Part shown: piece by piece, positions 13,714 through 16,000 of the stretch
How positions within the stretch are numbered: position 1 is the stretch's first letter
Layout of the letters: each line of letters begins with the position of its first letter
Assembly (NCBI GenBank): GCA_028284925.1
Contig: JANQQT010000102.1
Location: 21,000-36,999, forward strand
From: Phycisphaeraceae bacterium
GTDB lineage: Bacteria > Planctomycetota > Phycisphaerae > Phycisphaerales > Zrk34
Length of the DNA: 16,000 bases
Direction: 5' to 3'
The notes under the pieces: generated by a model
What the model was told of the DNA's origin: nothing
Databases searched by the model: none
Seen by the model: the letters and a program-made list of their open reading frames with translations, nothing else
Translations under genes and position numbers: made by a program

Positions 13714-16000
13714 CTAATGCGCAATGCTCGAACCATATCGCTTCCACAGGAACAAATGCCCCTCGTTCGCGCACGCGATCCCCCGTTTCTGAGGTATGAA
13801 ACGGACAACATCGATCATGTCGTCTCCTGTCGGCGATTCGAGTGTTAGCAGTTTCTTCTCGGTAACCACATCCCAAACGTCAAGCTGGGTAAATCCCGTC
13901 AAGATGCGTGATCCACTTTCGTTAACATCAAACTTTACCCGCCTATCCTTCTCCCAAATTCTGAAAGATTTATACGGCTCGGTGTCGTCTGGTTTCCAGA
14001 CAAAAATCTTACCGCTCGTCCCATTCGCGAACAACAATTTCCCACGTCGACTAAACTTCATATCGAGTAAATAACCTCCCCCTTTCGCCAGCAACTTGCG
14101 ACTTTCGCCTGTATCACAATCAAATCGAATCAATTCCATCGCTGCATCCGATTTCCTGCCCGGCACCGGCTTCGGACCACGAACGATCACATTGGAATCG
14201 GGTTGCCAGCACATAGCCCCAAACCCGGGAAAACTCCAAAGTTTTTTCTTGATATTGACATCCCATATGTGAATCATTTTCGTCACATCCTCAATTGCGA
14301 TGCGACTTGCATCATGATTCAACACAATTCTTGGGAAGCCTCCCTGTGGACGATTCGGCAGCTTAATGGACTTGCCCGTACTACGACCATCCTCGGCATG
14401 ATGCAGCTTGACAACGTCTTTGGATACATACGCCAAGTACTTTCCGTCTCCCGAAACACTAAACGGGATATGCCACCTCTTCTCGTCGAACAGTTTAGAC
14501 TTACCGGTGGCCATGTCGAAGGACCACACTTTTCTCAAACCACGAATCCACGCCGTCCCCAAACCGGTTGGAAAATACAACTGTGACATTATCCCAGAAT
14601 CCGTCAAAGTATTAAAAAATCGGATGCGTTCTGGTACGGTCGTTCCTTTGTCTGTATGCCACACCCGCAGCGAATTGCTACCCACACTTACCACCCGCCG
14701 ATTGTCCGGCGACAAAGCCACTTGACGAATGTTACTTCCGTGCCCAAGCATGCTGCGGAGCTTCCTTCCGCTCGATGCATCAAACACATGAATTCGATTG
14801 CTTTGGTCACCCAGAACCAATCGATCTCCGCCAAAACCCAGCGATGCAGTTTGAAAACGAGAGCCCAAATTCCCGATAGTCGCAATAGGGACAATCTCGC
14901 CCCTTGAACTCCAACCGTAAACGCGAGCCCCCGCCTCCGAGGACAAAACAAAACGCTTACCATCCGCGCTCACGGCAACATCTTGTCGTCTCATATCAAC
15001 GTCAGAAATCGTCCCAAGTTCCACCCACGATCCCGATTTGTCTGCCAGCGCTACTCCACCATTCACCATAAATACCATGAAACCCCGCTCCGTCGCCTTG
15101 ACGGTTAGGATTGGAACTCTAGGCGACGAACGATTCTCCGATCCGGATTCCAAATCCAGAAAAACGGCCCCACTCTTCATGACGACAAACGCCGCTCTTC
15201 CATTGTGCGCCATAGCCAATTGACTTATGGATTGAACTTCGTCATCGGCATACTCCTTCAACACGCCTTTTTGCGACCTTTCGGCTAGATCTATCACAAG
15301 ACATTGCCAAATATCTTCCTCACCAACTTTTGCCTTGACAATCGCGTGTCGCATATTCGCAGAAATCGCCGCCGCAGGCGTCATACCCTTGATTGCCATC
15401 CACTGGCTTTCTACCCCTTCACCAGTCAGCGAATACCATAGAACCTTCCCCATCGGAGTAATCCCAATCGCTTCATCCGCACCCTGAATCACACTTGATG
15501 CGATAAGCCGGTTGTCACTAAGATCGTATGATCGAATACTGACATCCGTCTTGGCCATGAGGTAGTCCCATTCAATATCCCGCAGCCGCTCATCGCATTC
15601 ATTAAGCAGTCTTACCGCCTCAGCAACATCCCCCCTATCAAGCACAGCTTGCACCTGTACGATTTTCGCAGCGTACAATTCGGGATCAGGCTTATTCAAA
15701 TCTCTAGACGATGTAATCATCTGGACAGCCAAAATCACACCAACTACAGTCGCCACAACAAGCGCCTGCCACTTGTATCGCACAGCGTACTTGCTTGCGA
15801 CATAAACAGGTGTCCTTCGTCGGGCCCGAACCAATCGACCATTCAAAAAATTCCGTATGTCGCCTGCGAACTCCGCAACTGATAAGTAACGCCTCTTGGG
15901 ATCCTTGGCCAATGCCCTTAACAGAATCGCTGCAAGCTCAACTCCAATCGAACTCTTAAGTGCTCGCAAATCTCGCCTGGCCCATTCAGAAGCATCTTTA
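13714..16000 (-). CDS. Ser/Thr protein kinase (C-terminal end of the kinase domain only), one TM helix and a large extracytoplasmic WD40/beta-propeller region; 5' end lies beyond the right edge
   Basis: The frame stays open through 15970-15999 (KDASEWARRD-LRALKSS...), so the track 'M' at 15969 is a TTG inside the gene. LLRALAKDPKRRYLSVAEFAGDIRNFLNG is a typical Hanks-kinase subdomain XI. The TM helix is WQALVVATVVGVILAVQMI (nt ~15715-15771). WD40-like repeats follow, e.g. GHGSNIRQVALSPDNRRVVSVGSNSLRVWH and MIHIWDV. The stop is TAG at 13714-13716. Confidence 0.85.
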   Translation of the reverse strand, partial: KDASEWARRDLRALKSSIGVELAAILLRALAKDPKRRYLSVAEFAGDIRNFLNGRLVRARRRTPVYVASKYAVRYKWQALVVATVVGVILAVQMITSSRDLNKPDPELYAAKIVQVQAVLDRGDVAEAVRLLNECDERLRDIEWDYLMAKTDVSIRSYDLSDNRLIASSVIQGADEAIGITPMGKVLWYSLTGEGVESQWMAIKGMTPAAAISANMRHAIVKAKVGEEDIWQCLVIDLAERSQKGVLKEYADDEVQSISQLAMAHNGRAAFVVMKSGAVFLDLESGSENRSSPRVPILTVKATERGFMVFMVNGGVALADKSGSWVELGTISDVDMRRQDVAVSADGKRFVLSSEAGARVYGWSSRGEIVPIATIGNLGSRFQTASLGFGGDRLVLGDQSNRIHVFDASSGRKLRSMLGHGSNIRQVALSPDNRRVVSVGSNSLRVWHTDKGTTVPERIRFFNTLTDSGIMSQLYFPTGLGTAWIRGLRKVWSFDMATGKSKLFDEKRWHIPFSVSGDGKYLAYVSKDVVKLHHAEDGRSTGKSIKLPNRPQGGFPRIVLNHDASRIAIEDVTKMIHIWDVNIKKKLWSFPGFGAMCWQPDSNVIVRGPKPVPGRKSDAAMELIRFDCDTGESRKLLAKGGGYLLDMKFSRRGKLLFANGTSGKIFVWKPDDTEPYKSFRIWEKDRRVKFDVNESGSRILTGFTQLDVWDVVTEKKLLTLESPTGDDMIDVVRFIPQKRGIACANEGHLFLWKRYGSSIAH

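Noticed and set aside
13499-13876. 125-aa minus-strand ORF, plus + strand ORFs 13563..13799 and 13591..13848, around the 3' end of the kinase gene.
   Set aside because: They overlap the kinase reading frame, or sit in the short convergent spacer. They carry no motifs and have Arg/Cys-rich composition typical of off-frame translation.
1-16000. Scan for tRNA/rRNA genes, CRISPR repeats, transposase or integrase genes, terminal inverted repeats, and att-like direct repeats flanking the 9.7-13.7 kb segment.
   Set aside because: I found no T-loop-like GGTTCGAATCC contexts outside coding sequence, no regularly spaced repeats and no recombinase-like ORFs. The two island borders share only 6-mers. 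This was inspection by eye only, so tRNAscan-SE, Infernal and ISfinder searches would be needed to be definitive.

Overview
This is a bacterial chromosomal window. I found about 14 protein-coding genes and no rRNA, tRNA, CRISPR array, transposase or integrase by eye. The gene content (PEP-CTERM protein, membrane Ser/Thr kinase with a WD40 propeller, planctomycete-style S41 peptidase) suggests a Planctomycetota/Verrucomicrobiota-like genome; that placement is inference only.

Left part (1-9.7 kb):
- A partial GNAT-like gene at the left edge.
- A large S41 C-terminal processing peptidase on the + strand.
- A minus-strand run of six genes: a cytochrome b562-like protein with its own intrinsic terminator, a di-haem cytochrome c peroxidase, an acidic PEP-CTERM protein, a zinc-ribbon CPBP (Abi/CAAX-like) intramembrane protease, a GYF_2 membrane protein, and an uncharacterised bitopic protein translationally coupled to it by an ATGA overlap.
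- A + strand NAD-dependent epimerase/dehydratase.

In this part the top strand is strongly G-poor whichever way the genes run. As a result, synonymous codon choice flips with gene orientation.

Right part (about 9.7-13.7 kb): the skew collapses. This stretch holds the most unusual content:
- A 753-aa fusion of a GT9-like (heptosyltransferase-type) domain, a GT71/Mnn-like DXD glycosyltransferase domain and an unknown C-terminal domain.
- One or two small orphan ORFs downstream of the fusion.
- An A+T-rich divergent spacer.
- An orphan 169-aa ORF.

The window ends inside a Ser/Thr kinase-TM-WD40 gene that continues past the right edge.

All family assignments come from motifs read by eye. No database search was possible.
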